Notes under the pieces: model-generated
Database searches by the model: none
What the model was told of the DNA's origin: nothing
Seen by the model: the letters and a program-made list of their open reading frames with translations, nothing else
Part shown: piece after piece, positions 43,341 through 58,338 of the stretch
Layout of the letters: each line of letters opens with the position of its first letter
How positions within the stretch are numbered: the stretch's first letter is position 1
From: Eledone cirrhosa
Taxonomy: Eukaryota
NCBI GenBank assembly: GCA_964016885.1
Contig: OZ024743.1
Location: forward strand, 81,530,001 to 81,594,000
Direction of reading: 5' to 3'
DNA length: 64,000 bases
Program-made: the position numbers and the translations under genes

Positions 43341-43557
43341 CTGTATATATTTAGGTATATATATATATATATATATATACCTAAATATATACAGTATTTA
43401 CGTATCGAGAGAGAGAGAAAAAAAGGGGAGGATAGGTGATACATATAGTTATTTGCCAAGTAGCGTATGCCAAAGGTGCTCGATACTAGTGCCGGCAGTA
43501 TTAAATATTCGAAGTGTTAATATTTAGTGGGCTAGAGAGTTGGCAGAGCGTAAGCAC

Positions 43558-44485
43558 GTGGGAAAGTAAGAAATCGGAGAATAGACCGTTAAAACATGTT
43601 TATTTAAAACAGCACCTACGTACGTTTCGCTCAGTTGGGCTTCTCAAGGGCATAAATAATCAAAAGTGTTCCTTACATTGCTCGGAAAGAGTTTTGGGGG
43701 TTAAATCCACGTCAAGGTTCATTGCTCGCAAAAATAGCTTGTTTTGATTTTGCAGCAGGTCAAGGGAGGTAGCTCTGGCCGGTGTTAGGGCAGTCTTTCC
43801 CGGACAAATTTTTTTCTCCACGCACTGGGAGATTGTCGGCAGGGCTGCACCGTACAACTTCAAGAGGAAATGCGATCTTTGCCTCATGGAGCTCTACCAC
43901 ATCATAACTGCACCCCACGAGCTCATAAACAGCAGAGCTGAAACAGCGATAAGTTGTACACATCGCTTAAAAATATCATTCTTCAGATGGGTTAAGGATG
44001 AGGAGTGAAACCGTGCACCGGATCTCCCTGCAACAAGTCTTAACACCCGGGCGGGCAGGCGCTGCAAAATAACACCCAGGAAACAATCCTTGCATACCAG
44101 ACCCAGCCTCAAACGACTCAGACAAACAGATGCGGCAAAAAGAAACTCTCAAAATAAGCGTTGAGTACATGCGTATCGACAATGGTAAGGTTGTAACCTC
44201 ATCTCGTAGCAGATAAAAAATAAAAAATTAAAAAATTGTCCGGGAAAGACTGCCCTAACACCGGCCAGAGTTACCTCCCTTGACCTGCTGCAAAATCAAT
44301 ACAAGCTATTTTTGCGAGCAATGAACCTTGACGTGGATTTAACCCCAAAAACTCTTTACGAGCAATGTAAGGAACACTTTTGATTATTTATGCCCTTGAG
44401 AAGCCCAACTGGGCGAAACGTACGTAGGTGCTGTTTTAAATAAACATGTTTTAACGGTCTATTCTCCGATTTCTTACTTTCCCAT
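43558..44485 (+). mobile_element. Heavily 5'-truncated PLE with inverted 5' pLTR
   Basis: Arms about 43558-43815 / 44230-44485; spacer 43823-44008 encodes WEIVGRAAPY..KCDLCLMELYHI..LINSRAE..SCTH (GIY-YIG C-terminus); HHRs at 43612-43651(-) and 44392-44431(+). Confidence 0.82.
44392..44431 (+). ncRNA. Hammerhead ribozyme, U3-A8 covariant core
   Basis: GCCC-TTGAGAA-GCCC aact GGGC-GAAA-CGTACG-TA-GGTGC. Confidence 0.7.
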
Positions 44486-44509
44486 ATACATAAATATATA
44501 TATATATAG

Positions 44510-45961
<1,452 letters not shown>

Positions 45962-47047
45962 CTATAATTAACATAATGTACTAGATCTGACATATTTTAA
46001 CCATTTATTTACCATATTTTTAATGAAAGACACTGTCTATGATTTTCAAACCATTTTCTAAACAAACAAGAATTTGGAATGATTTAGTAATATAATTACT
46101 GTTCTACTTATGAAAATTATGCTTGGGACATAACTTGATATAGGTTCTTATGTAAAATTATGACAAAAGATTGTAGATAAAAGGAAACACTTTAAAATAT
46201 ACAGTTATGTGAAATAGAATCAGGTGGAGTTCACGTGTTTTGAAGAGGTTAAAAGACTTCTTATTTCAGGTAATTTCGAGGCGAACTGTCATTGGAGCTA
46301 TAGAGGTGAATAAATTGAATTCCCTTTTACAAACTTCATTTCTTTAACATTAACTAAACGACTATTCTATGAATTTTGTTTCGTCTTATGTAACTCTTCC
46401 AGAAATTGAAGAAGGAAATAGATATTCTTGAGCTACTTAGACATGTGGACGTATTTCTGGTGTAACTCGTGGCTTCGACATTTTAAATCTGGCCGTGACC
46501 ATCCCTTCTCTCCGGATCTGAAAACAGCCAATTTCTTCCATAGAGGGAAAGAGTGAAAGAGAGAGAAATAGAAATAGAGGGGGGAAGTATCGACCCCAGT
46601 ACCGGACTGGATCTTTATCGAACTCCAAAGGATGAAATGGAAAGTTGCCTGCAGCTGGATTTGAAAGTTGAGAGATCCGGTAGAAATATCGAATTATTGA
46701 ATCCGACGTGGCAATATTTCTCACAATTCACCGACTATCCTACAATTATTGAATCCGACGTGGCAATATTTCTCACAATTCACCGACTATCCTACATATT
46801 GACTAACTATAAAAGAAATTCTCTCACTTAAAGAATAAATATAGATGGATCAATCAAATGTAAGATGTTATTCTTTTACTGGATTCAATTATTACATTAA
46901 ACTCTGGCCATGAGGGGGCACGGCCTTGATTTAGTCGATCATATTGCTCCAGTACTAGTACTTATTTTGCCAATCTCTTTTTTTATCGAAATGCCATGTT
47001 ACGAGGCATAAACACAGACACATATACACACACAAACATACATATGC

Positions 47048-47086
<39 letters not shown>

Positions 47087-47094
47087 CACACACA

Positions 47095-47154
<60 letters not shown>

Positions 47155-47158
<4 letters not shown>

Positions 47159-47272
47159 TAACAGATTAAAGTTTAAGCAAAGAATCGCTGCTTTCACCCT
47201 TGCTCTAGGTTTCTTATATATTTATCCTTATCGAGCCCTCTTTGGATTTTAGTCTTCACATTTATTATTATT
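47155..47272 (-). mobile_element. Internally deleted copy of 44510-44935
   Basis: Both termini of 44510-44935 joined at about 47200. Confidence 0.7.
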
Positions 47273-47448
47273 AAAATATATATATATATATATATATATA
47301 TACGTCAATACTCATCTTTTTCTATTTCTCCGAGGGTTCTTAACCCCACTATCAGGCTAAATAATTTCTTTAATTTCTTTAGTCAAAATACGGCGATAGC
47401 TTATATTTCTAATAATTTCAAACCCACTCGCTGTTTCGAAAATATTCT

Positions 47449-47502
<54 letters not shown>

Positions 47503-47510
<8 letters not shown>

Positions 47511-49013
47511 AAATAACAGGAGGCTGGACTGGTGTAAATCCTTACTATGATCATTTCAATGACCAGGTTCCATATGAATCCGGTGATATCATCAGGTATT
47601 GGAATATAACAAAGGAATATGTAAAAAACCATGGGTCCGAAAAATCAGAGACAAAGAGGACGACTGACCAACTAGCTGCCTTTATCTCGGCCAGTCGCCC
47701 TCAAAGTGGTGGCAACTGAATCTACTAATGAACATCCTGCTTTTATTATTTTTTTGTAACTTTCCTTACTCAGGTCATTATGCACCTTCATAGCACACTA
47801 CTCACCTAAGAACCACACTACTTATAACGCGGACTAACAGGGACTTTAAAATAATGTTGGTCTATTTGTACTTTTCATTGGGTTGCTACCTTCGACTTGT
47901 GTGGTGGCTTTTCCCGGCTGCGCGCTGGGCACTCGGAGAGTTCAGCCTTCCTTGAGTGCTCGGAAAAATAAATTTCTCCTCTTTCGGTAAACGAAATTAC
48001 TCGGAACGGATGGCTTTGCCCCGGTCCCGCCGCGCCGCCTGTTTTGGCCGCCCTATTATACTTATCCCTATAAACTCCAGGTTTAGGCATAACTATTAGC
48101 TGTATCATGCCTCTACTGGCACGTAAATAAACCCCTCATGTGTGATTTAATAATATTCGTTTGGTATAGACGATGGCCTGTCGAAATTGTGGAGTTCCCG
48201 CTAGCGCTCCCGGGGCCTAATGTAGCTACGTTCCTAGAGTACTCGGAAAAATTAATTTCCATTTCTTTCGCTGGACGATACCACTCGAGACTGACTGACT
48301 CATGGGGGGGGGGGACTCGCAATCGAAATCTTTACTCTATATCCCATCCTAATATCTTATCGGAAAAAAACTTTTTCATATAAGACTCTCTCAATTTAAT
48401 TTCATCCTATAACTCGCAACATAAGTTTAACGTTCCAATCTTCGGTTCACACATTAGACCATACAGACACCCATTATAGATTCTTTGGAGTAGCATTTTT
48501 TCGCGGCATTTTCTAGCATGAATGTAGTGTGACCCTTACGCTGCCTTCTTTCTTTCTTCCCCTTTTTCTTTGACGGAGAGGTGGTAGTGCATTATAAGCC
48601 TTCGCCCCCTCACCAGATGTTCATTAGTAGCTTCAGTTGCCACCACTTTGAGGGCGACTGGCCGAGATAAAGGCAGCTAGTTGGTCAGTCGTCCTCTTTG
48701 TCTATGTCTCTGATTTTTCGGACCCATGGTTTTTTACATATTGCTTTGTTATATTCCAATACCTGATGATATCACCGGATTCATATGGAACCCGGTCATT
48801 GAAATTATCATAGTATAATAAACCTTTCAAGGATTTACACCAGTCCGGCCTCCTATTATTTTATTTTATTTATACTTAACTCCGTATTCGCACCACCAAC
48901 TACACAAACGAAGATGGGTGAACTGCACTGCGTTGAGTACTCTTCACAATATTACACCAGGATTGACCATACGGAATGACCAGTTATATCCAGTGGTGAA
49001 CCAACACACCTAA

Positions 49014-49016
<3 letters not shown>
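47503..49016 (+). mobile_element. Foldback pLTR element with two HHRs
   Basis: Arms 47503-47736 / 48616-48870; HHRs at 47543-47599(-) and 48759-48816(+); one-sided extension to 49016; (TA)n flanks. Confidence 0.78.
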
Positions 49017-49087
<71 letters not shown>

Positions 49088-49159
49088 ACAGGGAGAAAGA
49101 GACGATTATGAGGAAGAAAAATTTTTTTTTTTCCTTTTTTGTTTCTCTCTCTCTTTTTT

Positions 49160-49206
<47 letters not shown>

Positions 49207-49523
49207 CTTGATCACCTTGACCGACCAGTCTGTCGGGCGCCATTCGGCGCCGCTGGTCACAGCACGTGCTGTTTTAGCCATACGATGACGCCATCCCACT
49301 GGCTGGGCGGGCAGGCCGATATATATATAGATCAGAGCAAACAGCACGGACACTCTATCTCAAAATTATTTTTGAAAAGCATTTAGAAATGCGCAACCGG
49401 TAAAAACTTAAAAACTTAAAACCACAACTGAATACTAACCCATACAATCACTAATACTCTTTTATTCCTAATTAAACCATTTTTCAACTGTGAACAATTT
49501 GTCAGCATTTTCTATTCCGTTTA

Positions 49524-49586
<63 letters not shown>

Positions 49587-50222
49587 CGTGTTTCTTCGTA
49601 TTCTATTGACCAAATTCCACTCACAAATCGTTGGTGAACCGAACGCTATAGTAGGGGCCTTGCCCTAGTTGTTGCACCCTGGGGATGAACCTAGAAGCAC
49701 ATGATTACGGAGAGATGTCCTCAACTACCCAAGCATGTGTTTATATCAATTAGTTGCCAATATTAACCATTGCCATTCCACTTTCACACAGTCAATTTCA
49801 TAGTTTAACACGCACACTCCACTTATCTTCATCCAAATATTTGCATGCTTCATTCGTTCTCTGGTGTTCATATTGAGTGATAGACCTAATCTGTCACCTG
49901 GTTTAACACCACCAGCTGACCCTTGGGAGTTATTTGTGTCACTTCTGTTGCAAGCCTTCGGAATATGTCTCCGGCTGGGTGATACTTTGGTTTCCCTCCT
50001 TCTCTCTGGAAAGTGTCCTCAGTTCTGCCTTCCTTCCCTCCACCATTAAACCGTAAAAAAAGGCATTTGTTAATTAAGACTTTCAACTTGAGTTGAAGGG
50101 AACTGTGTCAGTGTCCATGTGTCACATACAGTATGAAGAAAGTTTTGACTCTAAAAAATAAGTAATATATATAGCTGATACTTTTTGTGTTTGTTGAAAA
50201 GAGTAAAATGATATTTTCACGT

Positions 50223-50670
50223 TCTATTTGCTTTAGTTTCAAAACGTTGTTTCAGATAAAGTCACTTATTAGACAGGTACCACTATCGCTAAAATGTCTT
50301 CTACACTGTAATTGTTTTAGTTTAAACACAGTCTCAGGGCATGTCTCTTGTCAGACGAGTACAACAGTGACTAAAAGGATTCTGCCGTGGTGTAATTGTT
50401 TTATTACCACACACAATCTCAGATCAAGTCAATTGCTAGACAAATACAACTGTGACTAAAATGACTCTTTCATGATATAATTGCTTTAGTTTCAACACAG
50501 TCTCAGATCAAGTCACTTGCTATACAGTTACATCTGTGGTTTAAATTACACTTCTAGGACATAATTGCTTTAGTTTAAAAATACGATCTCAGATCAAGTC
50601 TCTTGCCAGACATGTACAACTGTGGCTTAAATCGTTCTTCCACGGTGTAATTACTTCAGTTGTAACAGTC
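50223..50670. repeat. Degenerate 84-86 bp tandem repeat, about 5 copies
   Basis: Unit starts near 50223, 50307, 50391, 50476, 50560 and 50646 (..AATTGYTTTAGTTT..CAGTCTCAGATCAAGTC..). Confidence 0.8.
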
Positions 50671-50938
50671 TCAAATCCAGCCCCTTGATACATAAGTACA
50701 ACTCTCTGCTACAATAAATTGGAACAGAAGTGACTTTTGAGGATATCTTGAGATCTCCTTGCCCCCACGTTGGGATGACCTGGAAATGTCCAGGAGTTCA
50801 CCCTTCTCTCCCTGACTAACTAGGAAATAGGTAAATGGATATCTAAATGTATACATAACCTTTAACAGGGACGCAGCATCATTGAACATTCAGAAAATGA
50901 GTTTGAACCTCTGTCTGTATACAGACATACGCACACGT

Positions 50939-51023
<85 letters not shown>

Positions 51024-51039
51024 TGTATATATATGTATA

Positions 51040-51081
<42 letters not shown>

Positions 51082-51137
51082 CACACATACGTATATATAT
51101 ATATGTATGTATATATATGTGTATATATATATATACA

Positions 51138-51217
<80 letters not shown>

Positions 51218-51339
51218 GAGAGAGAGAGAGAGGGGGAGAGAGAGAGAGGAGATAAACGGAGTAAAATGCTGGAATCACCCTGCCCTTTATATCCCAATTT
51301 TATGGCTTTTCTAACCCTTTTCTCTCTTCCATTTGTTTT

Positions 51340-51550
51340 ATTGTTGTTGTTGTGGTCCTAGTAATTGTCGTTCTAGTTTTATTGTTCTTCTTTCTGTTAT
51401 TGTTGTTGGTGTTTTTATTGTTGTTGTTATTGTTATTGTTGTTGGTGTTGGTGTTGTTATTGTTGTTGTTGTTGTTGTCGTTGTTGTTGTTGTTATTGTT
51501 GTTACTGTTGTTACAGTTATTGTTATTACTGATATTATTGTTATTGTTGC
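51340..51550. repeat. (TTG/TTA)n microsatellite
   Basis: Direct reading. Confidence 0.9.
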
Positions 51551-51961
51551 TGATGTTAACCTTCATTGCTTCGTCCATGGTTTATTGTTTTAACTACGCC
51601 GGAAGTTGACTCCTTATAATAATATCAATGAAACAACTAAATATAAAACAGCTTCAGCTATTGTCATCTTCTCTTCTCGTGTCGTACATAGAAACCTAAT
51701 GGTGAGTCTTAGATTAGTTTAGATTTTAGCTTTTGGGGTTTTATTATATATATATATGTATATATACATATACATATGCATATATACATACATATACACA
51801 TTCATATATATATATATATGCATATACACATATAAATGCATAAACATAAAAATACACACACACATACACACAGATATATATATGTACATATACATATATA
51901 TATACATATATATGCATATTTATATACACACACATACATACACATACATGCATATATACGC

Positions 51962-51998
<37 letters not shown>

Positions 51999-52149
51999 GA
52001 AAGTGAACAACACAAAATATAACTACTCCATTACCAAAGGTTTCTGGGTCCCAGACAATATACCTATGTTCTTGTTCTATACATAGAGCACTCTTTTTTC
52101 CTTTGCTTTTCCTTTCGAATTACCTAACACATATATACATATATACACC

Positions 52150-55100
52150 ACTAGCCGCATATATCACACGTGTATCAAACAGATCCTGAGACATCTCAAC
52201 TGCCAATTACACATCCATAAACGGAGACTCTCAAAGCGGACACATCGACTGTCAATAACACCTGGCGACTTGCTCCTTAAAATCACTAAAGTAATCGACC
52301 AGTGCTACCACTCCAGAGTCCAACACGAGAAAAAACGGCTCAAGCGGAAATATGAGTGGATCTTGTCTAAACTCTACAACGAAAACACCGACACTAACAA
52401 ACAGACAGACCAGAACCACGTGGAAAACAACAACGTAACAACCGCCGCCGCCGCCGCCGCATCCACCAACACCGAGCCACACCTCAACGATGCGACGCAC
52501 CTGGTCACCGACCTAACCGGCACCCTCACGAACGACGAGCTGGAACTCCTACGCCTCGGACACAAGTTCATCGTCTCACAGCGGCTCGACGACAGACCTA
52601 AACTCGATAGCGAAGCCAACTTCTGTCGAGCCGCCTACCAACTTAAATGGGTGACCGCCATCAACAGCGCCACGGAAAATAACAACGCCCACGCAACCCA
52701 CCCCAAGTTCCCCACATATCACCCCGACAACCCACTCCACCCCCACCAACCACGAACTCGAGACTAAACTCATCAGGCTAAAACACTCCATCCCGGATAT
52801 ACTTCACAAACACACACACGTATAACACACAACACACAACCTCACCAAATCCCAACTCACCACTCTCTCCAACCAGAAATCGAAGAACCTCATCTACCTC
52901 CCCTCCGACAAGGGAAAATAATTCTGCGTCATCAGCAGAGAGGCCTACAACACCCTGGCCCTCCAACACCTTGACGATGACAACCTCTCCTCCAAGGTTA
53001 CGGGAATCACTCCCGCGCAGATCGAGGAGCACATCAACGCCGCCTGGACCAACATCTGCGACCGGCGGAAGCTCCCGAAGAAGCTGAGATACAACCTCCT
53101 CACGAGAAACAGCAGACTACCCGCCTTCTACCACCTTGTGAAAACACAAACAGGGACGCGACCTGAAGATCAGACCCATTGTATCGAGCGTGGAAGGACC
53201 GCTCTACAAAATTTCATGGCTCCTAGCCAGAATACTCAAACCCATCCTAGACACCTTACCGGGACACGTAAAACAGCCCCGAGGAGGTGTTGGAGCGCCT
53301 GCATCAAATGGATCCCGACACCAGAAAGGCTAACAGGTATGCCTTCAGCCTTGATGTAATCACTCTTTAGACCTCGGTCCCGGCACTCCCGGCCGTTAAT
53401 ATACTGATGGAACGCGTCCAATCCACCGACCTACACTGTTTCGGGCTCACCACCACTAACATCCATCAATTCCTATCCATCGTCGTTGACAACACATACT
53501 TCGGATTTCTCGACCAAACATAACAGCAAACTTCGTGACTGCCCATGGGCCCAAGCCTGTCGGGTGTGCTAGCGATCTCATACATGGACAGCCTCGAGCG
53601 CAAGGCACTCAACACCTGCCACCCCAACGCCGTCGCCTTTTTCTCAAGGTACGTGGACGATATCCTCATCCTCACATCTTCCCAACAGATGGCGAACAGA
53701 ATCTGTGAGACGTTCAACAACACGGACGAGAACATTAATTTCAGTGTTGAACACCCCAGCGTCGACGGGTCACTTGCCTTCATCGACTTCCGAATCAACA
53801 TCACGGAACAGGGAGGGATCCATTCCAACTTCTACCGCAAGGCAGCCTGCAGGGACCTGTTCGTCCACTACAAGTCCGCCCTCCCTAACAGTGCTAAAAG
53901 AGGGTACATCACGAACGAGATCACGCGAATTGAAAACAGATGCAGCGATCCCGCGAGTGGTGTCACCCATACCAAGCGATTCCTCGAGGTGCTGGAGACG
54001 AACGGGTACCCTGCCTCACTCACAAACAGAATAAGAGACACCAGACGCAAGAGGCAGAGAAACACCCAAGGCAAGTGCTTCCTTAAAATACCAGACCTGG
54101 GCGAGAATACCACCAACGCTATCCGCAAAGCTATACGGAGAGAGGGCCTCGACATCCACCTGGCCCACTCGGGCCTCTCCCTGCGAAGATGCCTCTCCAG
54201 GAAACCCGGGAAATCGACTGACGCGTGCTCCCTCAGAAACTGCCCGATGCGCCATACGAACTGTTGCCTACGCATATACGTCGTGTATAAGGTAGAATGT
54301 AACAAGTGCAACCACTACTATATAGGTAGCACAATCCGGCCGCTACACATCCGGATCAAGGAGCACATCAACTCCAGGGCCTCGTTTTTCTGGAAACACA
54401 TAACCAAATGCGGAAACAAAACGGGAAGGCCCATTGTCACAGTTCTAGCGACGGAAAGAAACGTCGGCACATTACGAATCAAGGAAGCACTTTGGATCAA
54501 ACGCCTAGGGCCACAAATAAATAACCGATCCGAGAGAAGCGAAATAAGGTGGTTGGTTTAAATAAACAAACGAGGCAACAACACACGTCCACACACACAC
54601 CCACAAGCGAAACCACAACACACGCACACACACACACAGTAGCATTCACAAAACAGGCAGAGAATACTACCACCACCACACACTATTCAACACTGTTAAT
54701 ACAGAAACCAGCACGGGCAGATAATACAATGGATTGACAGCTAACGCCACCCCACTCCCACAATTAAAAGAACTATTTCGGCCGCCGTCCTCTGCTTGAC
54801 CGACCCCTTTTCACGCGTGCGCGCGCGCTCTGCTGAATACCTCAGATATTCAAAACAACGAACAGCGGAGGAGACGTTTCGCACCTATTCGACAGATACC
54901 CCCCCCCCCCCCCCCGAAAAAACCACCCAGTTGATGGATGTGAATCCGAAATATATAGGGACAATTAAATCTCTCCCAAGGTAACTCTATCTCATGTTAT
55001 TATTTTTATTTTTTACGTTTACTACATTCTTCTACACACTATACATCTCATTCTACATTCACTTACATCTTTCTCTTCACCACCGGATCTTGTTACCCGG

Positions 55101-55195
55101 AGAATTACCCATCTGCATTGTTGAGGCTTCCAAAACGACCAAAAGAAAATATATCTTATTATTCCACAATGCTTCAAGCAAACTTCAATACTCTC
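52150..55195 (+). mobile_element. Penelope-like element, second family, degenerate
   Basis: LLRLGHKF, PSDKG, FSLDV, PMGPSLS, FFSRYVDD, FYRK, NGYP, VVYKVEC..YYIGST..RIKEH..EALWI; degenerate HHR at 54926-54960 in the 3' region. Confidence 0.88.
52270..54561 (+). pseudogene. PLE RT + GIY-YIG, frameshifted (53545-54561 open)
   Basis: Motifs listed above, spread across several frames with stops. Confidence 0.85.
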
Positions 55196-55267
55196 ATATA
55201 TATATATATATATATACATATAGTGACGAAATATAAGTCAATTGCATGAACTCATAATCCTTTATTT

Positions 55268-55323
55268 ACTGCTATATATATTTCGATGATAGCCATTGAA
55301 TGGCTATGACCTCATCAGGCAGT
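55268..55323 (-). ncRNA. Type I hammerhead ribozyme in a ~170-bp island between (TA)n tracts
   Basis: ACTGC-CTGATGA-GGTCATAGCCA ttcaa TGGCTATCATC-GAAA-TATATA-TA-GCAGT. Confidence 0.8.
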
Positions 55324-55386
55324 TAGTCAGTTCTTAGATATGCCAGCTCTGTGTATATAGTGTTGATGGTAACAGAGCCTTGGGAC

Positions 55387-55429
<43 letters not shown>

Positions 55430-55436
<7 letters not shown>

Positions 55437-58110
55437 ATACTTGGGGAGGGTCATATTGTTGTAATAATATTGCCAGAATTAATAACAAAACACACTCACT
55501 GTTTTGTTGGTTTTCGCTTCTGTGTCTTTTATATCGGTTAATTTAATTTATTCGGTCCTCAATGTTTACCATGGACTGACCAACGGTCAAAAATACAGAT
55601 ATGATATAGACACAAACACATATATATAGTCTAACACAGTTCTTTCGTTGCACATCTGCAACAACGTCAGTGCTGCTATTATGTTTCCTCCTGTTGTATT
55701 GTATGCCTACGCCATCTTTATTTAATCTGTTTATTTATTTTTTTATTTATTTTTGTCTTCTTCTCTAGGCATGCGTTTGCGTGTGTGTATAGTGTTTGAT
55801 ATGTGTTCGTGTTTGGGTGACTGTGTTTTGGTTATTGTATTCTATCTTAGTTTACTAGTGTGTGTTTATATGTGTTTGTTGTTATTGTGCTTGTGTATGT
55901 ATGTATTTATTTATTTATTTATTTATTTATACTTCTCTCAGGTCAGTATTGTTTGTTTGGGTATTGTCGTTATTCCATTCATTTTTTTCTGTTTAGCTTT
56001 GGCCTTCTCAGTTCTATTTCACTTGCCTCTCTGATTTGCTTATCTGCTGGGTCATTTCTATGTTTAGATATTATTTTCATTTCTATGCTGTATATGTTAC
56101 CGTCGTGTTGTTGTCTGGCGTGTTCGTATAGTACTGAACCGTTTTTTTCGTCCTTTTAGTTCCCCCCCAGTGTTGGTCTATCCTTTCACCTATGCTACGA
56201 GCTGTCTCGCCCATGTATGTTGTTGTCATGTTTCTGCAAGTACCCTCTGTACATCATATGCTATAGACTACGTTTCAAATTTTACAGTTTATCCGGGGGT
56301 TTACTTTACATATAATACATCACCTGTTAGTACAGTGGGTTTTCTTAAAAGGGTCTGTTTTGCTGATCAGGGATTTTATGGTGGTTCCTGGCTTTTCTAC
56401 CACCTTAATCTTTAAGTGGGTCTTTCTCAGGGCCTTTCTACACTGGTTAGCTAATTTCCCTCCAGGGGTAGCGTCACACGAACATGACACTCTGGTATCT
56501 CTGGTTGTCGTACCATGAGGTGGCTTTCCCTATCTTATGTTTAGTCCTATCTAAGCTATTCCATGATTTGCTCCTGTATAATGGGCAAATTCCTTTCATG
56601 TCCAGTTCTATGAGGGTCTTATACTTCTCCGTGGCTCCTTCGTATACTCTGATTCTGTCTCTTTTGTTGTAGCCAGAGAACTGCATGCGGTTGATGAAGT
56701 GCATAGTAGGCAGTATGGACTTGGAATCACTATACCCATCCATTAACATAGATTTTGCTGTGGAAAAATGTGTGGAGATGATCAGTGAGAGTGAGGTGGA
56801 GTTCTGCGACGTCGACGCAGACGAACTGAGCCTCTTACTTAGACTTACCTATGACACTGACTACCTAGAGAGCCATGACCTTAGCCGTTTCTGCCCCAGT
56901 AGACCCATAAGAGGTAGACCCCGCCACTATAACCTCAATGGCAAAAAAGACTCCCATGGGATGGTGCATTGGGTGCCAAAGCCATACGGACCCCCCAAAA
57001 GAATGATCAGGTAAGAAAAATGGTCGCACATGCAATAGGGGCTGATATTAAAACTACTCTAAAGGGCCACATATTCAAATTCAACGAGAAGATCTACACC
57101 CAAAATGAGGGACCAGTCATTGGCGTCAGCAGAGCTGGTGACGTTGCCAACCTTTTTATGGTATGGTGGGAAAGGAGACTCAGAGTTCTCCTTGATGAGA
57201 GCCCCATAGACCTCATCATGTACTCTCGTTACGTAGACGACATCAATATAGTAATAAGGACATCCCCACAAGAGAGTACTAACAAGTATGATTTAGAATG
57301 TAGCACAATGGAAAGCATCCAGCAGATAACTAATTCCATACACCAGAGTATAACTGTAACTATTGACTACCCTTCCAAACATCCTAACAATAGACTACCT
57401 GTGTTAGACACGGAACACTGGATTAACACTATAGACGAGAGAGCCCAAATTCTCCACTCGCACTACGCTAAACCCATGGCCTCCAAATACCTGATACTAA
57501 AAAACTCAGCAATGTCCAGTAGTGCTAAGTTTAATATTCTGATCGCAGACTTGGTACGAGTTATGAAGAACGTATCCCGCATGTGCGACCCAACAGAAAT
57601 GGAAAGACACATCCAACACTTCATCAACCGCATGCAGTTCTCTGGCTACAACCAAAGAGACAGAACCAGAGTATACGAAGGAGCCACGGAGAAGTATAAA
57701 ACCCTCATAGAACTGGACATGAAAGGAATTTGCTCATTATATAGGAGCAAATCATGGAATAACTTAGATAGGACTAAACATAAGATAGGGAAAGCCACCT
57801 CATGGTACGACAACCAGAGATACCAGAGTGTCATGTTTGTGGACGCTACACCTAAGACCCACTTAAAGATTAAGGTGGTAGAAAAGCCAGGAACCACCAT
57901 AAAATACCTGATCAGCAAAACATACCCTTTTAAGAAAACCCACTGTACAAATAGGAAATGTATTATATGTAAAGTAAACCCCCAGATAAACTGTAAAGTG
58001 AGTGTCTTTTGTTATTAATTCTGGCAATATTATTACAACAATATGACCCTCCCCAAGTATAACAATATTTGTTTCGACACACGATTCATATCAAAAACCT
58101 CGCAGAACTA
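55430..58110. mobile_element. Older inverted PLE related to 26053-32795
   Basis: Minus arm 55430-56700 (3' end, GIY-YIG); plus arm from about 56697 (SMDLESLYPSI, YSRYVDD) with deletion of the endonuclease at about 57997; same terminal ATATTGTTATACTT.GGGAGGGTCAT. Confidence 0.9.
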
Positions 58111-58121
58111 TATATATATAT

Positions 58122-58338
<217 letters not shown>

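Noticed and set aside
46692-46794. 52-bp tandem duplication, also 21-bp repeats at 36935-36990
   Set aside because: Ordinary local slippage duplications, unrelated in sequence to the 12253 minisatellite
57990-58005. Deletion of the endonuclease region as a spliced intron
   Set aside because: The junction keeps GTAAA and does not match exact GT-AG removal relative to the opposite arm
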